This document shows, in pieces, positions 45,226 through 55,113 of a DNA stretch of 64,000 nt (positions are counted from its first letter, which is position 1; each line of letters opens with the position of its first letter). A model generated the notes under the pieces. It did not search any database. It saw nothing but the letters and a program-made list of their open reading frames with translations, and was not told the DNA's origin. The DNA comes from Patescibacteria group bacterium (GTDB lineage Bacteria; Patescibacteriota; Microgenomatia; UBA12405), in assembly GCA_023380755.1 (NCBI GenBank), contig JAMCSD010000006.1, positions 252,735-316,734 on the forward strand, in the 5' to 3' direction. The translations under genes and the position numbers were made by a program.

Positions 45226-46393
45226 TTTGGGCAATCTTGTTTCCTTCCCGAACGGCAAAATTCGTTCCCCGGTCTTCCGGAAAAATTTGGGCAAAATTTG
45301 CCTGATAAATATTTTTTTCCACCGTTTCGTAAGATGGCACTTGGTAGTCGGTCGTTACAATATGCTGGGCGTTGGCCAATTTAAAAACAAAGCTTTGGGT
45401 CACCTCTTTTTCCTTAAACTCCGGAAAGATTTTAGATAGATACATAAAAAACTCCTTTTTAACTTTCTCCTCCTCAGCTTGGAATAAGTGGTGTTCATGA
45501 GGCACATAAGTCCCCAAGTAATAGACGTGTTCACCTTTGTACTCCTTGGTGCCGACCAGGTTGGTATGTTGAATTAAAGCCAAGAAAGGGGAGTGTGGGT
45601 CATTAATATTATGCCAATAATAAGGGCTAAGAGATTGTTTGCTGGTAAAGATTACTTCCACCGCGCCAATATAGGTCACTCCTTTAACCGGCCCAGTCAT
45701 TAATACTTTATCGTAAGCTTTCTTTAACTTATCAAAGTCTTTAATAAATGTTTTGGTTTTTACTTCTCCACCTAACTTTTTAATTTCTATTTCTAATCGC
45801 TCGATCAATTGCTGAAATCCGCCGGTCATATAACCTAACATTCCATTGGAATTGCCCCGGGTATGAATTCTGGCCCACAACCAAGCCATGGAGACATGTT
45901 GATAATAATTGTGGAATTTGCCTTTTAGTAATGGCTCCCAGATTACCTGATAAGCCGCCTTCCCGTTCCATTTTTTCATCCATTGGTAAGCCGGGATAGC
46001 TTTATATTTTTTCCAATTATTATCCTTTTGCAGCCACAGACCCACCATCCCTGTTCGAACCCGGTCGGCAAAACCAATCGCTCCAAAGGTTAATAAGTCC
46101 TTTGGACCGCTAAATGAATACAACTGGTGTTCAAAATAGACCGCCGTCTTATCTGGGTACCACTGCAGCTTGTCGCTTAATCCCAATTCTTCGATCAAAT
46201 TTAATATCTCAGTATCGGTCGTAAAGATGTGATGATAGGCCTTTTCCAAATAGGTGCCATTAATTTTAAACCCCGATAATAATCCGCCGACTTGTTCGTT
46301 TTTTTCGAAAATCGTCACCTCGTGGCCGTTTTGTAACAGCCGGTACGCCGCTACCATTCCCGTCAGTCCACCCCCGACAATTGCTACTTTCAT
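45212..46393 (-). CDS. FAD/NAD(P)-binding oxidoreductase (amine-oxidase / protoporphyrinogen-oxidase / CrtI-like superfamily)
   Basis: 393 aa. N-terminal Rossmann dinucleotide motif MKVAIVGGGLTGMVAAYRLLQNGHEVTIFEKNEQVGGL, and a C-terminal FPEDRGTNFAVREG segment typical of this superfamily. Substrate unknown. Confidence 0.75.
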   Translation of the reverse strand: MKVAIVGGGLTGMVAAYRLLQNGHEVTIFEKNEQVGGLLSGFKINGTYLEKAYHHIFTTDTEILNLIEELGLSDKLQWYPDKTAVYFEHQLYSFSGPKDLLTFGAIGFADRVRTGMVGLWLQKDNNWKKYKAIPAYQWMKKWNGKAAYQVIWEPLLKGKFHNYYQHVSMAWLWARIHTRGNSNGMLGYMTGGFQQLIERLEIEIKKLGGEVKTKTFIKDFDKLKKAYDKVLMTGPVKGVTYIGAVEVIFTSKQSLSPYYWHNINDPHSPFLALIQHTNLVGTKEYKGEHVYYLGTYVPHEHHLFQAEEEKVKKEFFMYLSKIFPEFKEKEVTQSFVFKLANAQHIVTTDYQVPSYETVEKNIYQANFAQIFPEDRGTNFAVREGNKIAQIIRE

Positions 46394-46647
46394 TTTTGTT
46401 CCCGGACAACGGCATTACGGATGGTGCAGGCGCTGGTTTGCTCCAACACTCCCCAGGCCCGGCGCGACAGATCAACATAATGATCCACGTACTCCGCTTC
46501 CCGTCGGCTCAATACATGCTGGCCACGAACTTCCCATCTAATCAAAGTCCGGACTTGCCGGTCCAATAATTCATTTATTTTCAGCTGCGCTGACCAGCCA
46601 TGATCCGCCACCTGTTTTTCAATGCCTCTGAGTGTCGTTATTACCAT
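46390..46647 (-). CDS. hypothetical small protein, translationally coupled to the oxidoreductase
   Basis: 85-aa ORF whose stop overlaps the oxidoreductase ATG (ATGA). No family recognised. Confidence 0.45.
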   Translation of the reverse strand: MVITTLRGIEKQVADHGWSAQLKINELLDRQVRTLIRWEVRGQHVLSRREAEYVDHYVDLSRRAWGVLEQTSACTIRNAVVREQK

Positions 46648-46694
46648 ATATTGTCCTTGTTTATTAACTACCCTATGGTATCATACATACATTC

Positions 46695-46727
46695 GACTGT
46701 TGCCAAAAAGCAGCAGTCTAATTTTTG
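46695..46727 (+). terminator. terminator-like hairpin in the fusA upstream region
   Basis: GACUGUUGC (46695-46703) pairs with GCAGCAGUC (46710-46718), 9 bp including one G-U pair, around the loop CAAAAA. UAAUUUUUG follows. Confidence 0.4.
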
Positions 46728-46775
46728 TCGAATTTTATTTGACATCAAGATTTAGATATTTGTCATTTTTTATTT

Positions 46776-48878
46776 ATGGCTGACGCTATTAAATTAACAA
46801 AAAATCGGATTGTGCCGATGGAAAAAGTCCGTAACATCGGCATTATTGCTCACATTGATGCTGGCAAAACCACCACCACCGAACGGATTCTTTTTTACAC
46901 TGGGAAAATTCACAAAATGGGTTCCATCGATGAGGGTACCACCACCACCGATACCATGGTCCAAGAACGTGAACGTGGTATTACCATTCAATCTGCCTGT
47001 ATCACTACTTTTTGGAAGGATCACCGTTTCAACATTATTGATACTCCCGGCCATGTAGATTTCACTGCTGAAGTGGAACGATCTTTGCGTGTTCTCGATG
47101 GCGCCATCATGGTCTTTGACGGTAATGCCGGTGTCCAAGCCCAGTCGGAAACTGTTTGGCGGCAAGCTGATAAATATGGCGTCCCCCGGATTGCTTTCGT
47201 CAACAAAATGGATAAAGTCGGTGCTTCTTTTGACATGACTCTCAAAAGCATTGATGATAAACTCCGCGCTCCGGTAGTCCCCATGGTAATTCCCATTGGT
47301 GAAGAACACGCTCACGTCGGAGTCGTGGATCTTATGACCATGAAAATGATCATTTGGGATAAAGATGATCAGGGAATCGAATTTAGCGTCCAAGATGTTA
47401 CTCCCGAATATCTCGACAAAGCCAAAGCCGCCCGCGCCCATATGGTGGAAAAAATCGCCGGAGAAGACGAGGTCTTAATGGAAAAATTCTTAAATGATGA
47501 AGAAATTTCCGTGGCCGAATTAAAAGCTGCCCTCCGCAAAGCGACCATTGCCCGCAAGCTCTTCCCCATTTACTGCGGTTCCTCCTGGCGCAATAAAGGG
47601 ATTCAGCCGGTTCTCGACGGCATCGTCGATTATCTGCCTTCTCCTTTAGATCTGCCTCCCGTCGAAGGTTACGATCCGGTCACCAATGAAAAAATGTACC
47701 GCAAGCCGACTAATGATGAACTCTTATCCGCGCTTCTTTTCAAAGTCCAGGCTGATCCTCATGTCGGCACCCTTTCTTATGTCCGGATTTATTCGGGTAA
47801 ACTCGTTGCCGGTTCCGAAGTCTACAACACTACTAAGCAGAAGAATGAACGTATCGGCCGTCTGTTGTTGATGCATGCCGACAAACGCGAGGGGATTGAA
47901 GAGGGTTATGCCGGGGAAATCGTGGCTTGTATTGGTCTTAAAGAATCCACCACCGGTGACACTCTTTGCAACGGCAACCATCCGATTTCCTTATCTCCGA
48001 TTCAATTTTCCGATCCGGTCATTTCCCTTTCAATAGAGCCGGTCACTACCGATGATCAGGAAAAAATGGGTCAAGCCCTCAACCGTCTAGCCGTTGAGGA
48101 CCCCACCTTCCGTGTTTCTTATAACCACGAAACCGGCCAGACCATCATTGCCGGTATGGGCGAACTTTACCTCGATATCGTCGTGGACCGCCTGAAGCGT
48201 GAATTCAACGTTAACGTAAAAACCGGCGCTCCTCAGGTGGCCTATAAAGAAACCATCACCATCAACGCCGAAGGCGAGGGGAAATACATCCATCAATCCG
48301 GCGGTCACGGTCAATACGGTCACTGTAAGATTCGGGTCGAACCCAAAAATCGCGGTGAAGGCTTTGAGTTTGTGAACGCGGTCAAGGGTGGCGCCATTCC
48401 GGCTAACTTTATTCCCGCCATCGAAAAAGGTGTCAAAGAAACCCTTCTTAAAGGAATTATTGCCGGCTACCCCTGCACTGACATCAAGGTCACTGTCTAT
48501 GATGGTACCTACCATGAAGTCGATTCCAGCGAAATGGCCTTTAAACTGGCTGGTTCTTATGCGATCAAAGATGCTTTTGAAGCCGCCCGTCCGATTGTCA
48601 TCGAGCCTATCATGAAGTTCGAGGTCAATACCCCCTCGGAGTTCTTGGGTACGGTTATCGGCGATCTTTCTTCCCGCCGCGGTCAAATAATCGGCACCGC
48701 CGACAGCTTGGGCTTTACTATTATTAATGCCTTCATTCCTTTGGAAGCGGTACGGGGTTATGCCACCGTTATCCGCTCCCTGACTCAGGGTCGTGGTTCC
48801 TTCTATATGGAGCCGAGCCACTACGATCCTGTTCCCATGCAAATTCAGCAAGAGTTATTAATTAAGAAAACAGCTTAA
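46776..48878 (+). CDS. fusA: elongation factor G
   Basis: 700 aa. Contains RNIGIIAHIDAGKTTTTERIL, DTPGHVDF and NKMDK, followed by domains II to V. Confidence 0.98.
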   Translation: MADAIKLTKNRIVPMEKVRNIGIIAHIDAGKTTTTERILFYTGKIHKMGSIDEGTTTTDTMVQERERGITIQSACITTFWKDHRFNIIDTPGHVDFTAEVERSLRVLDGAIMVFDGNAGVQAQSETVWRQADKYGVPRIAFVNKMDKVGASFDMTLKSIDDKLRAPVVPMVIPIGEEHAHVGVVDLMTMKMIIWDKDDQGIEFSVQDVTPEYLDKAKAARAHMVEKIAGEDEVLMEKFLNDEEISVAELKAALRKATIARKLFPIYCGSSWRNKGIQPVLDGIVDYLPSPLDLPPVEGYDPVTNEKMYRKPTNDELLSALLFKVQADPHVGTLSYVRIYSGKLVAGSEVYNTTKQKNERIGRLLLMHADKREGIEEGYAGEIVACIGLKESTTGDTLCNGNHPISLSPIQFSDPVISLSIEPVTTDDQEKMGQALNRLAVEDPTFRVSYNHETGQTIIAGMGELYLDIVVDRLKREFNVNVKTGAPQVAYKETITINAEGEGKYIHQSGGHGQYGHCKIRVEPKNRGEGFEFVNAVKGGAIPANFIPAIEKGVKETLLKGIIAGYPCTDIKVTVYDGTYHEVDSSEMAFKLAGSYAIKDAFEAARPIVIEPIMKFEVNTPSEFLGTVIGDLSSRRGQIIGTADSLGFTIINAFIPLEAVRGYATVIRSLTQGRGSFYMEPSHYDPVPMQIQQELLIKKTA

Positions 48879-48885
48879 GTTGTGC

Positions 48886-48914
48886 TTGCAAACGAGGTAA
48901 CTTGCTGATACAAT
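48886..48914 (+). promoter_or_regulatory. sigma70 promoter for tuf
   Basis: TTGCAA (48886-48891), a 17-nt spacer, then an extended -10 TGaTACAAT (48906-48914). Confidence 0.55.
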
Positions 48915-48978
48915 CGTTAAGCATTTTAAGCTAAAATTATTATAAAATTATTAGTTTTGCACAAAAAAGAATAAATAT

Positions 48979-50151
48979 ATGGCTGACACCTATGTTAGAT
49001 CCAAACCGCACGTTAACGTTGGTACGATTGGTCACGTCGATCATGGTAAAACCACTTTAACCGCTGCTATTACAAAAGTTCAGGGTAATCCCAAAGCTTA
49101 CGCTGATATTGCCAAGGGTGGTACGGTTCGTGATGCTTCCAAGATCGTCACCATTGCTATCTCCCACGTTGAATACGAAACCGAAAAACGTCATTATGCC
49201 CACATTGACTGCCCTGGTCATGCTGACTACGTCAAAAACATGATCACTGGTGCCGCCCAAATGGACGGCGCTATTCTGGTCGTTTCTGCTCCGGATGGCC
49301 CAATGCCTCAGACCCGCGAGCATGTCCTTTTAGCCAACCAAGTGAACGTTCCCCGCATCGTTGTTTACCTGAATAAGGTCGACTTAGTAGAGGATCCGGA
49401 ATTCTTGGATCTCGTCGAAATGGAAATCCGTGAGCTCCTAAAGAAATACAACTTCCCCGGTGACGAAGTCCCTATTATTCGTGGTTCCGCTCTTAAGGCT
49501 CTTGAGGGTGACGCCGAAGGTGTCGCTTCTATCAAGAAGCTTATGGAAGCTTTGGATACTTATATTCCTGAACCTAAGCGCGAACTTGATAAGCCTTTCT
49601 TAATGCCCGTGGAAGACGTTTTCTCCATCAAAGGTCGTGGAACTGTCGCAACCGGTCGTATTGAGCGCGGCGTTGTCAAGGTTAACGAAGAAATCGAATT
49701 GGTCGGTCTTCGTGATACCCGTAAGGCTGTTGTTACTGGTGTCGAAATGTTCCACAAGACTCTGGACCAAGGTCAAGCTGGCGATAATGTCGGTATCTTG
49801 CTCCGCGGTATTGAAAAAGAAGACATCGAACGCGGTCAGGTTTTGGCCAAACCCGGTACGATTACTCCTCATACCAAGTTCAAGGCTCAAATTTACTTAC
49901 TCAAGAAAGAGGAAGGTGGCCGCCATACCCCAATTTTCACTGGCTATAGGCCCCAAGTCTTCATTCGGACCACTGACGTTACCGGTGATATTGAATTAGC
50001 CGCCGGTGTCGAAATGGTCATGCCTGGCGATAATGCCGACGTTACCGTTAAGCTCATCAAACCAGTTGCTATGGAAGCTGGTCAGCGTTTCGCTATCCGC
50101 GAAGGTGGTTTAACAGTTGGCGCTGGAGCCATCGTTGAAATTTTAGAGTAA
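48979..50151 (+). CDS. tuf: elongation factor Tu
   Basis: 390 aa. Contains [32 protein letters not shown] and SAL. Confidence 0.99.
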   Translation: MADTYVRSKPHVNVGTIGHVDHGKTTLTAAITKVQGNPKAYADIAKGGTVRDASKIVTIAISHVEYETEKRHYAHIDCPGHADYVKNMITGAAQMDGAILVVSAPDGPMPQTREHVLLANQVNVPRIVVYLNKVDLVEDPEFLDLVEMEIRELLKKYNFPGDEVPIIRGSALKALEGDAEGVASIKKLMEALDTYIPEPKRELDKPFLMPVEDVFSIKGRGTVATGRIERGVVKVNEEIELVGLRDTRKAVVTGVEMFHKTLDQGQAGDNVGILLRGIEKEDIERGQVLAKPGTITPHTKFKAQIYLLKKEEGGRHTPIFTGYRPQVFIRTTDVTGDIELAAGVEMVMPGDNADVTVKLIKPVAMEAGQRFAIREGGLTVGAGAIVEILE

Positions 50152-50160
50152 AGATTTATT

Positions 50161-50201
50161 GAGAGGCACCCCCCGCAACGGCGGAGGGATGCCTCTTTGT
50201 T
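50161..50201 (+). terminator. rho-independent terminator after tuf
   Basis: GC-rich hairpin: GAGAGGCACCCCCCGC pairs with GCGGAGGGAUGCCUCU around an AACG loop with small bulges, followed by UUUGUU. Confidence 0.7.
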
Positions 50202-50248
50202 AAGTCCTTAATTAACTTAACCATTAAACAAATTAACAATTAAAACCA

Positions 50249-50560
50249 ATGACCAAAGGTAATCGTATCCGCATCCGTCTCAAGTCCTTCGACCATCGGA
50301 TCATCGATGAAGCCGCAGTAAAAATTGTAGAGACAGCGGTTACAGCTGGTGCTAAAGTCCAAGGCCCGATTCCTTTACCGACCTCTCGGAAAGTAATCAC
50401 GGTCTTAACCAGTCCCCATGTTGACAAGAATGCTCGGGAGCACTTCGAGATGAGAACGCATAAGCGTTTAATTGATATTGATAACGCCAGTTTACGGATT
50501 ATCGACAGCTTGCAGCACTTGGATTTGCCTTCCGGTGTCGAGGTTGAAGTCAAGATGTAA
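50249..50560 (+). CDS. rpsJ: 30S ribosomal protein S10
   Basis: 103 aa. Contains [15 protein letters not shown] and GPIPLPT, then [11 protein letters not shown]. Confidence 0.97.
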   Translation: MTKGNRIRIRLKSFDHRIIDEAAVKIVETAVTAGAKVQGPIPLPTSRKVITVLTSPHVDKNAREHFEMRTHKRLIDIDNASLRIIDSLQHLDLPSGVEVEVKM

Positions 50561-50569
50561 GGGGTTCTT

Positions 50570-51187
50570 ATGTTGTCTGGATTTATCATCAAAAAAGGTT
50601 CGATGGAAAGGGTCTTCCTGGAAAATGGCAACTTAATTGCCGTTACCAAGTGTACCGCCCTGCCGTTAACCGTTACCCAAATTAAAACCGCGGAAAAAGA
50701 TGGTTACCAAGCAGTTCAGGTAGCCTATGGTAAGCGTCTCCGCAACTCCGCCGCTACGGCTGGCAAGTTAAAGAAGCTTAAGTTGGATCTGACCCCCAAA
50801 GGCTTTATTGAATTTAATCCAACCGCCGAAATTCCCGCTGTTGGTTCCGAAGTTCGTGTCGAAGCCGTTTTAAAAGAAGGCGACCAGGTCAATTTGACTG
50901 GTACTTCCAAAGGTCGGGGTTATGCCGGTGTGATTAAGCGCCACGGCTTCCATCGACAACCTGTTTCCGGTGGTCAATCAGATCGCACCCGCGCTCCTGG
51001 AGCTATTGGCGCCCAGACTCCCGGCAAGGTGGTCATGGGTAAAAAAATGCCTGGTCATATGGGTAATGCGACTACTACGGTCATGAATGCCAAGGTCATC
51101 AAAATCAATGCCGATTCTAACGAATTACTTATTTCTGGCAACGTTCCCGGGCCTCGCAATTCCTGGGTAGTTATCAAAAAACTTTAA
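50570..51187 (+). CDS. rplC: 50S ribosomal protein L3
   Basis: 205 aa. Contains GTSKGRGYAGVIKRHGF and PGAIGAQTPGKV..GKKMPGHMG. Confidence 0.96.
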   Translation: MLSGFIIKKGSMERVFLENGNLIAVTKCTALPLTVTQIKTAEKDGYQAVQVAYGKRLRNSAATAGKLKKLKLDLTPKGFIEFNPTAEIPAVGSEVRVEAVLKEGDQVNLTGTSKGRGYAGVIKRHGFHRQPVSGGQSDRTRAPGAIGAQTPGKVVMGKKMPGHMGNATTTVMNAKVIKINADSNELLISGNVPGPRNSWVVIKKL

Positions 51188-51190
51188 CCT

Positions 51191-51826
51191 ATGAAAATTA
51201 ATGTTTACAATCTTGAGCCTACCGTTGTTGGTGAAATGAATTTACCGGCCGCCACTTTTGCTGCCAAGGGCAGCGATCAGGTCGTCGCCCAGGCTATCCG
51301 GGTCTATCTTCAGGACCAGCGCCGATCTACGGCAAAAACCAAAAACCGTAATGAAGTTAGTGGGACGACTAAAAAAGTTTGGTCCCAAAAAGGTACCGGC
51401 AATGCCCGTCACGGTTCCCGCAAAGCCCCCATCTTTGTTGGCGGCGGCGTGACTCATGGCCCCACTGGTGAACAAAATTTTAAGCTGTCTTTAACCAAAA
51501 AAATGTCTAAAAAAGCTAAACGATTAGTTTTGTCCAAATTAGCGGCCAATAAAGCTGTCGCTGCCATTGAAAAGCTCTCAGCCATTGATCCCAAAACCAA
51601 GGCCGCCGCTAAATTACTAGCTGGACTTAAGGCCAAAGATGCGGTACTATCTAAAAGTCGAAAAATTGGTGTCCTCTTGGCTAAAAACAATGGTACGGTG
51701 ACTCGTGCTTTTGGTAATCTCCCCGAGGTCAAATTGCTTACTCTGCAATCACTCAATGTTTACGACTTATCTTTAATTAATTATTTGATCGCTTCCAAAA
51801 AAGCGTTAACCGAAATCGCTAAATAA
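51191..51826 (+). CDS. rplD: 50S ribosomal protein L4
   Basis: 211 aa. Contains KTKNRNEVSGTTKKVWSQKGTGNARHGS..API..GGGV.HGP. Confidence 0.96.
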   Translation: MKINVYNLEPTVVGEMNLPAATFAAKGSDQVVAQAIRVYLQDQRRSTAKTKNRNEVSGTTKKVWSQKGTGNARHGSRKAPIFVGGGVTHGPTGEQNFKLSLTKKMSKKAKRLVLSKLAANKAVAAIEKLSAIDPKTKAAAKLLAGLKAKDAVLSKSRKIGVLLAKNNGTVTRAFGNLPEVKLLTLQSLNVYDLSLINYLIASKKALTEIAK

Positions 51827-51827
51827 T

Positions 51828-52118
51828 ATGATTTTCCGACCGGTTATTACCGAAAAATCACTTTTGGATCAGCAGCAAGGAAAATATCATTTCTTTGTGA
51901 ATACTGAAGCCAACAAATTCCAAATTCGGCAATCTTTTATCGCTCTTTTTGGAGTTAAGCCTTTGGCGATCAATACCTCTGTCAAGAAATTCCGGACCAA
52001 AATGGATTGGAAGCGTCGTGTCACTTTAGTCAAAGGTCCGCAAAAGAAGGTCATTATTACAGTCCCCAAAGATACCAAACTCAACCTTTTAGCCACTGAT
52101 ACTAAAAAGACTAAATAA
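51828..52118 (+). CDS. rplW: 50S ribosomal protein L23
   Basis: 96 aa. RPVITEKS plus conserved position between rplD and rplB. Confidence 0.93.
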   Translation: MIFRPVITEKSLLDQQQGKYHFFVNTEANKFQIRQSFIALFGVKPLAINTSVKKFRTKMDWKRRVTLVKGPQKKVIITVPKDTKLNLLATDTKKTK

Positions 52119-52120
52119 CT

Positions 52121-52861
52121 ATGTCACATCTCGCCTTATACACCATCAAGAAAAAGACCAGCGGCCGTGATGCTTTTGGCCATGTTTCCACCCGCCACCG
52201 CGGTGGTGAACAAAAGCGCTTCTTGCGTTTAATTGATTGGAAACGCGAAAAATCTTTGTCGGCTAAAGTGATTGCCATCGAATACGATCCCAACCGCACC
52301 GCTGATATTGCCCTTCTTAATTATCAGGATGGGGAAAAACGCTATATTATTGCTCCTTCTAACCTCAAAGTCGGTGATATTGTCACTTCGGGGCCGACCG
52401 CCGCTATCAAAGATGGTAATCACTTGCCTCTTAAAAATATCCCTGTCGGTGTACCGATTCATTGTTTGGAAATTACCCCCGGCCGCGGAGCTCAAATGAT
52501 CAAAAGTGCTGGGTCCGCCGCCTTTGTTCAAAGTATTGATGACAACATCGCTACCGTTAAACTCCCTTCCGGTGAAATCCGTCTCTTTAACGCCAATTGT
52601 TACGCCACTATTGGCCAAGTTGGCAACGCTGATTTAATGAACCAGAAATTAACTAAAGCCGGTCAAATGCGCCATCGGGGAATTCGACCCACCGTTCGCG
52701 GTGTCGCTCAACACCCCGACTCCCATCCCCATGGTGGTGGCGAAGGTCGCTCTTCTGTGGGTATGAATCCCAAGACCCCTTGGGGTAAACCCGCCATGGG
52801 TAAAAAGACCCGGGCTAAAAAGAAAGCTTCTAATAAATTAATTGTTAAACACAGATCCTAA
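52121..52861 (+). CDS. rplB: 50S ribosomal protein L2 (short N-terminus, 246 aa)
   Basis: Contains [41 protein letters not shown] and HPHGGGEGR. Confidence 0.96.
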   Translation: MSHLALYTIKKKTSGRDAFGHVSTRHRGGEQKRFLRLIDWKREKSLSAKVIAIEYDPNRTADIALLNYQDGEKRYIIAPSNLKVGDIVTSGPTAAIKDGNHLPLKNIPVGVPIHCLEITPGRGAQMIKSAGSAAFVQSIDDNIATVKLPSGEIRLFNANCYATIGQVGNADLMNQKLTKAGQMRHRGIRPTVRGVAQHPDSHPHGGGEGRSSVGMNPKTPWGKPAMGKKTRAKKKASNKLIVKHRS

Positions 52862-53139
52862 TGTCACGCAGTTCCAACAAAGGTCCCTACATCGATGCTA
52901 ATCTCGAAAAGAAAGTGGCTAAAATGGGCCGCCCTAGTGGTCCAATTAAAACCTGGGCCCGCGCTAGCCAAATTGCGCCTGAATTTGTCGGTTTTACCTT
53001 TCAAGTCCACAACGGTCATAAATTCATTGATGTCTACGTCACCGAAGACATGGTCGGTCACCGTTTAGGCGAATTCTCGCCTACCAGAACCTTTAAAGGC
53101 CATGGTCGCGTCGTCAAACGGGTGATCGAAAAGACATAA
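52861..53139 (+). CDS. rpsS: 30S ribosomal protein S19
   Basis: 92 aa. Contains [39 protein letters not shown] and F.GHG. Confidence 0.97.
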   Translation: MSRSSNKGPYIDANLEKKVAKMGRPSGPIKTWARASQIAPEFVGFTFQVHNGHKFIDVYVTEDMVGHRLGEFSPTRTFKGHGRVVKRVIEKT

Positions 53140-53146
53140 AAAAACT

Positions 53147-53602
53147 ATGCCAGCTGTTACCAAAAAAACTACCAAAACTACTGCCAAGCCAGTCACCAAA
53201 AAGACGGCAGCTCCCCAGGTGCTTCCTCCGGCTCCGGTTGCTCCGGTGGCGACCTCTGCCGAAATTCGCTTCCGCAACAACAATTTACTCATATCTCCCC
53301 GAAAGTTACGCCTCTTAGCTAACGTGGTTAAAACTCTGGTCCCCGCTGAAGCCTTACTCCGCCTTAAATTTACTAATTCCAAATCTGCCCGTATCTTGGT
53401 AAAATCGATCCAATCGGCTGTTAATGATGCTACCCGCAATCATGGTTTGCTCGAAAGTTCTCTTCGTTTCCGTTCTATTCGTGTTGACGAAGGCCAAAAA
53501 ATTAAGCGGATGGATAAGTCACACGGCTCCCGTTTTAACCGTGGGGTGATCATCAAACGTCACAGTCGATTAGAAATTATGTTAACAGGCCAAAAACAAT
53601 AA
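53147..53602 (+). CDS. rplV: 50S ribosomal protein L22 with a Lys/Thr/Pro/Ala-rich N-terminal extension
   Basis: 151 aa. Contains ISPRKLRLLANVV and VDEG...KR...R..GR. Conserved position. The first 40 aa or so are low-complexity. Confidence 0.92.
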   Translation: MPAVTKKTTKTTAKPVTKKTAAPQVLPPAPVAPVATSAEIRFRNNNLLISPRKLRLLANVVKTLVPAEALLRLKFTNSKSARILVKSIQSAVNDATRNHGLLESSLRFRSIRVDEGQKIKRMDKSHGSRFNRGVIIKRHSRLEIMLTGQKQ

Positions 53603-53603
53603 T

Positions 53604-54242
53604 ATGGGTCAAAAAATTAATCCGGTCGGTTTTCGACTTGAACAAATAAAATCCGGTCCCCAATGGCAATCTGCCTGGTTTGCCTCGAAGAAAAAATATC
53701 CCCAATTAGTGGTTGAGGACAAAAAGATTCGGGACTTCATCAGCAAAAAGCTTTATAGTGCCGGTATTGTGGCCATCCGCATTGAACGCTCGGTTAAAAA
53801 AATCAAAATTATTTTAGTGGTCAGCCGTCCCGGCTTGGTCATCGGTCGCGGTGGCAAAGAATTGGAACAACTCAAGAAAGATATCATCAAGATCATCGGT
53901 AAAGGTGTCAAGCAAAGTGTTGATGTCCAGGTTGAAGAATGGAAACAGCCGGATTTATCTGCTAAGCTGATTGCCGAAAAAATTGCCTATCAATTAACCA
54001 AAAGAACTCCTTATCGCCGGGCAGTCTTATCCGCTATGGAACGGTCCATCTCCGCTGGTGCCAAAGGGATTAAAGTGATTCTTTCCGGCCGGATCAATGG
54101 TGCTGAAATTGGCCGCCGCGAAAAATTTTCTCAAGGTACCGTCCCTCTTTCCACTCTCAAATCACGTCTCGATTACCACGAATGCCCCAGCCTTACCAGA
54201 TCCGGTTACATCGGTGTTAAAGTTTATCTTTGCTTGTCATAA
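53604..54242 (+). CDS. rpsC: 30S ribosomal protein S3
   Basis: 212 aa. Contains MGQKINPVGFRL, the KH domain RPGLVIGRGGKELEQLK and LSGRINGAEI.R.E. Confidence 0.97.
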   Translation: MGQKINPVGFRLEQIKSGPQWQSAWFASKKKYPQLVVEDKKIRDFISKKLYSAGIVAIRIERSVKKIKIILVVSRPGLVIGRGGKELEQLKKDIIKIIGKGVKQSVDVQVEEWKQPDLSAKLIAEKIAYQLTKRTPYRRAVLSAMERSISAGAKGIKVILSGRINGAEIGRREKFSQGTVPLSTLKSRLDYHECPSLTRSGYIGVKVYLCLS

Positions 54243-54256
54243 CTTTATAAACTACT

Positions 54257-54658
54257 ATGTTACAACCATCCCGAACTAAATACCGTAAAGCCTTCCGGGG
54301 GCGCATGAGCGGCCTCTCCAAGGGTTTTACCGTCAACTTTGGCGAATATGGCCTTAAGGCTATAGAGTGTGGCTGGGTCACTGCTAATCAAATTGAGGCG
54401 GCCCGCCGGGCTATTGCCCATTTTACTCGCCGCAATGGCCGGATGTGGGTCCGTATTTTCCCGGATAAACCCATCACCGAAAAAGGTGCTGGAGCCCCCT
54501 TAGGTGCCGGCAAGGGTGACGTCAAAGGTTATGTATCCGTGGTTAAGCCTGGTCGGGTCATGTTTGAAATCAGCGGTGTTTCCGAATCTGATGCTCACGA
54601 AGCTCTTCGTTTAGCCTCAGCCAAATTACCAGTCGTTGCCAAAATTATCAAAAGATAA
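54257..54658 (+). CDS. rplP: 50S ribosomal protein L16
   Basis: 133 aa. Contains [22 protein letters not shown] and [12 protein letters not shown], then W.RIFPDKP.T.K. Confidence 0.97.
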   Translation: MLQPSRTKYRKAFRGRMSGLSKGFTVNFGEYGLKAIECGWVTANQIEAARRAIAHFTRRNGRMWVRIFPDKPITEKGAGAPLGAGKGDVKGYVSVVKPGRVMFEISGVSESDAHEALRLASAKLPVVAKIIKR

Positions 54659-54670
54659 TCCTCACCTAAT

Positions 54671-54862
54671 ATGAAAAAGAATGATAAAATTGCTCTGCGC
54701 CAAAAATCAACTGACGAACTTCAGGCTGCTTTGCGGGAAACCCAACAGAAATTAGCCGAATCCCGAGTTAGATTTTCCAATGGTGCTCTCAAAGACAGCT
54801 CCGTCTTTAAAAAATTGCGCTATCAAATTAGCTTAATTACAGCGTTAATCAATCAAAAATGA
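54671..54862 (+). CDS. rpmC: 50S ribosomal protein L29
   Basis: 63 aa, helical (LRQKSTDELQAALRE). Conserved position between rplP and rpsQ. Confidence 0.9.
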   Translation: MKKNDKIALRQKSTDELQAALRETQQKLAESRVRFSNGALKDSSVFKKLRYQISLITALINQK

Positions 54863-55113
54863 CCGCTACTAAAAACGGGAAACAATTTGTCGGCTTAGTC
54901 ACCTCTGATAAGATGCAGGGGACTATTGCTGTCTCGGTCAAATTTTCTCATCGCCACCCTAAATATAAAAAGGTTATCGGCAAAGTCACTAAGATCTACG
55001 CCGATAACAACTTAAAAGCTACAGCCGGCGATACCGTTCGGGTCCAAGAAACCCGGCCAATTAGCAAAACCAAACGGTTTACGACATTAGAAATTGTTAA
55101 AAAAGCAGCATGA
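54859..55113 (+). CDS. rpsQ: 30S ribosomal protein S17
   Basis: 84 aa. Contains GLVTSDKMQGTIAV.V, HPKYKK and GDTVRVQETRPISKTKRF. Confidence 0.95.
   Translation: MTATKNGKQFVGLVTSDKMQGTIAVSVKFSHRHPKYKKVIGKVTKIYADNNLKATAGDTVRVQETRPISKTKRFTTLEIVKKAA

Noticed and set aside
48087-48851. 254-aa minus-strand ORF inside fusA. Similar long antisense ORFs lie at 46794-47441 (in fusA), 6643-7275 (in nusA), 4697-5185 (in dnaK), 30138-30545, 34132-34551 and 40980-41345.
   Set aside because: Each lies fully inside a confidently identified, highly conserved plus-strand gene. Their translations are low-complexity or compositionally odd, and they have no motifs. These are typical antisense shadow ORFs.
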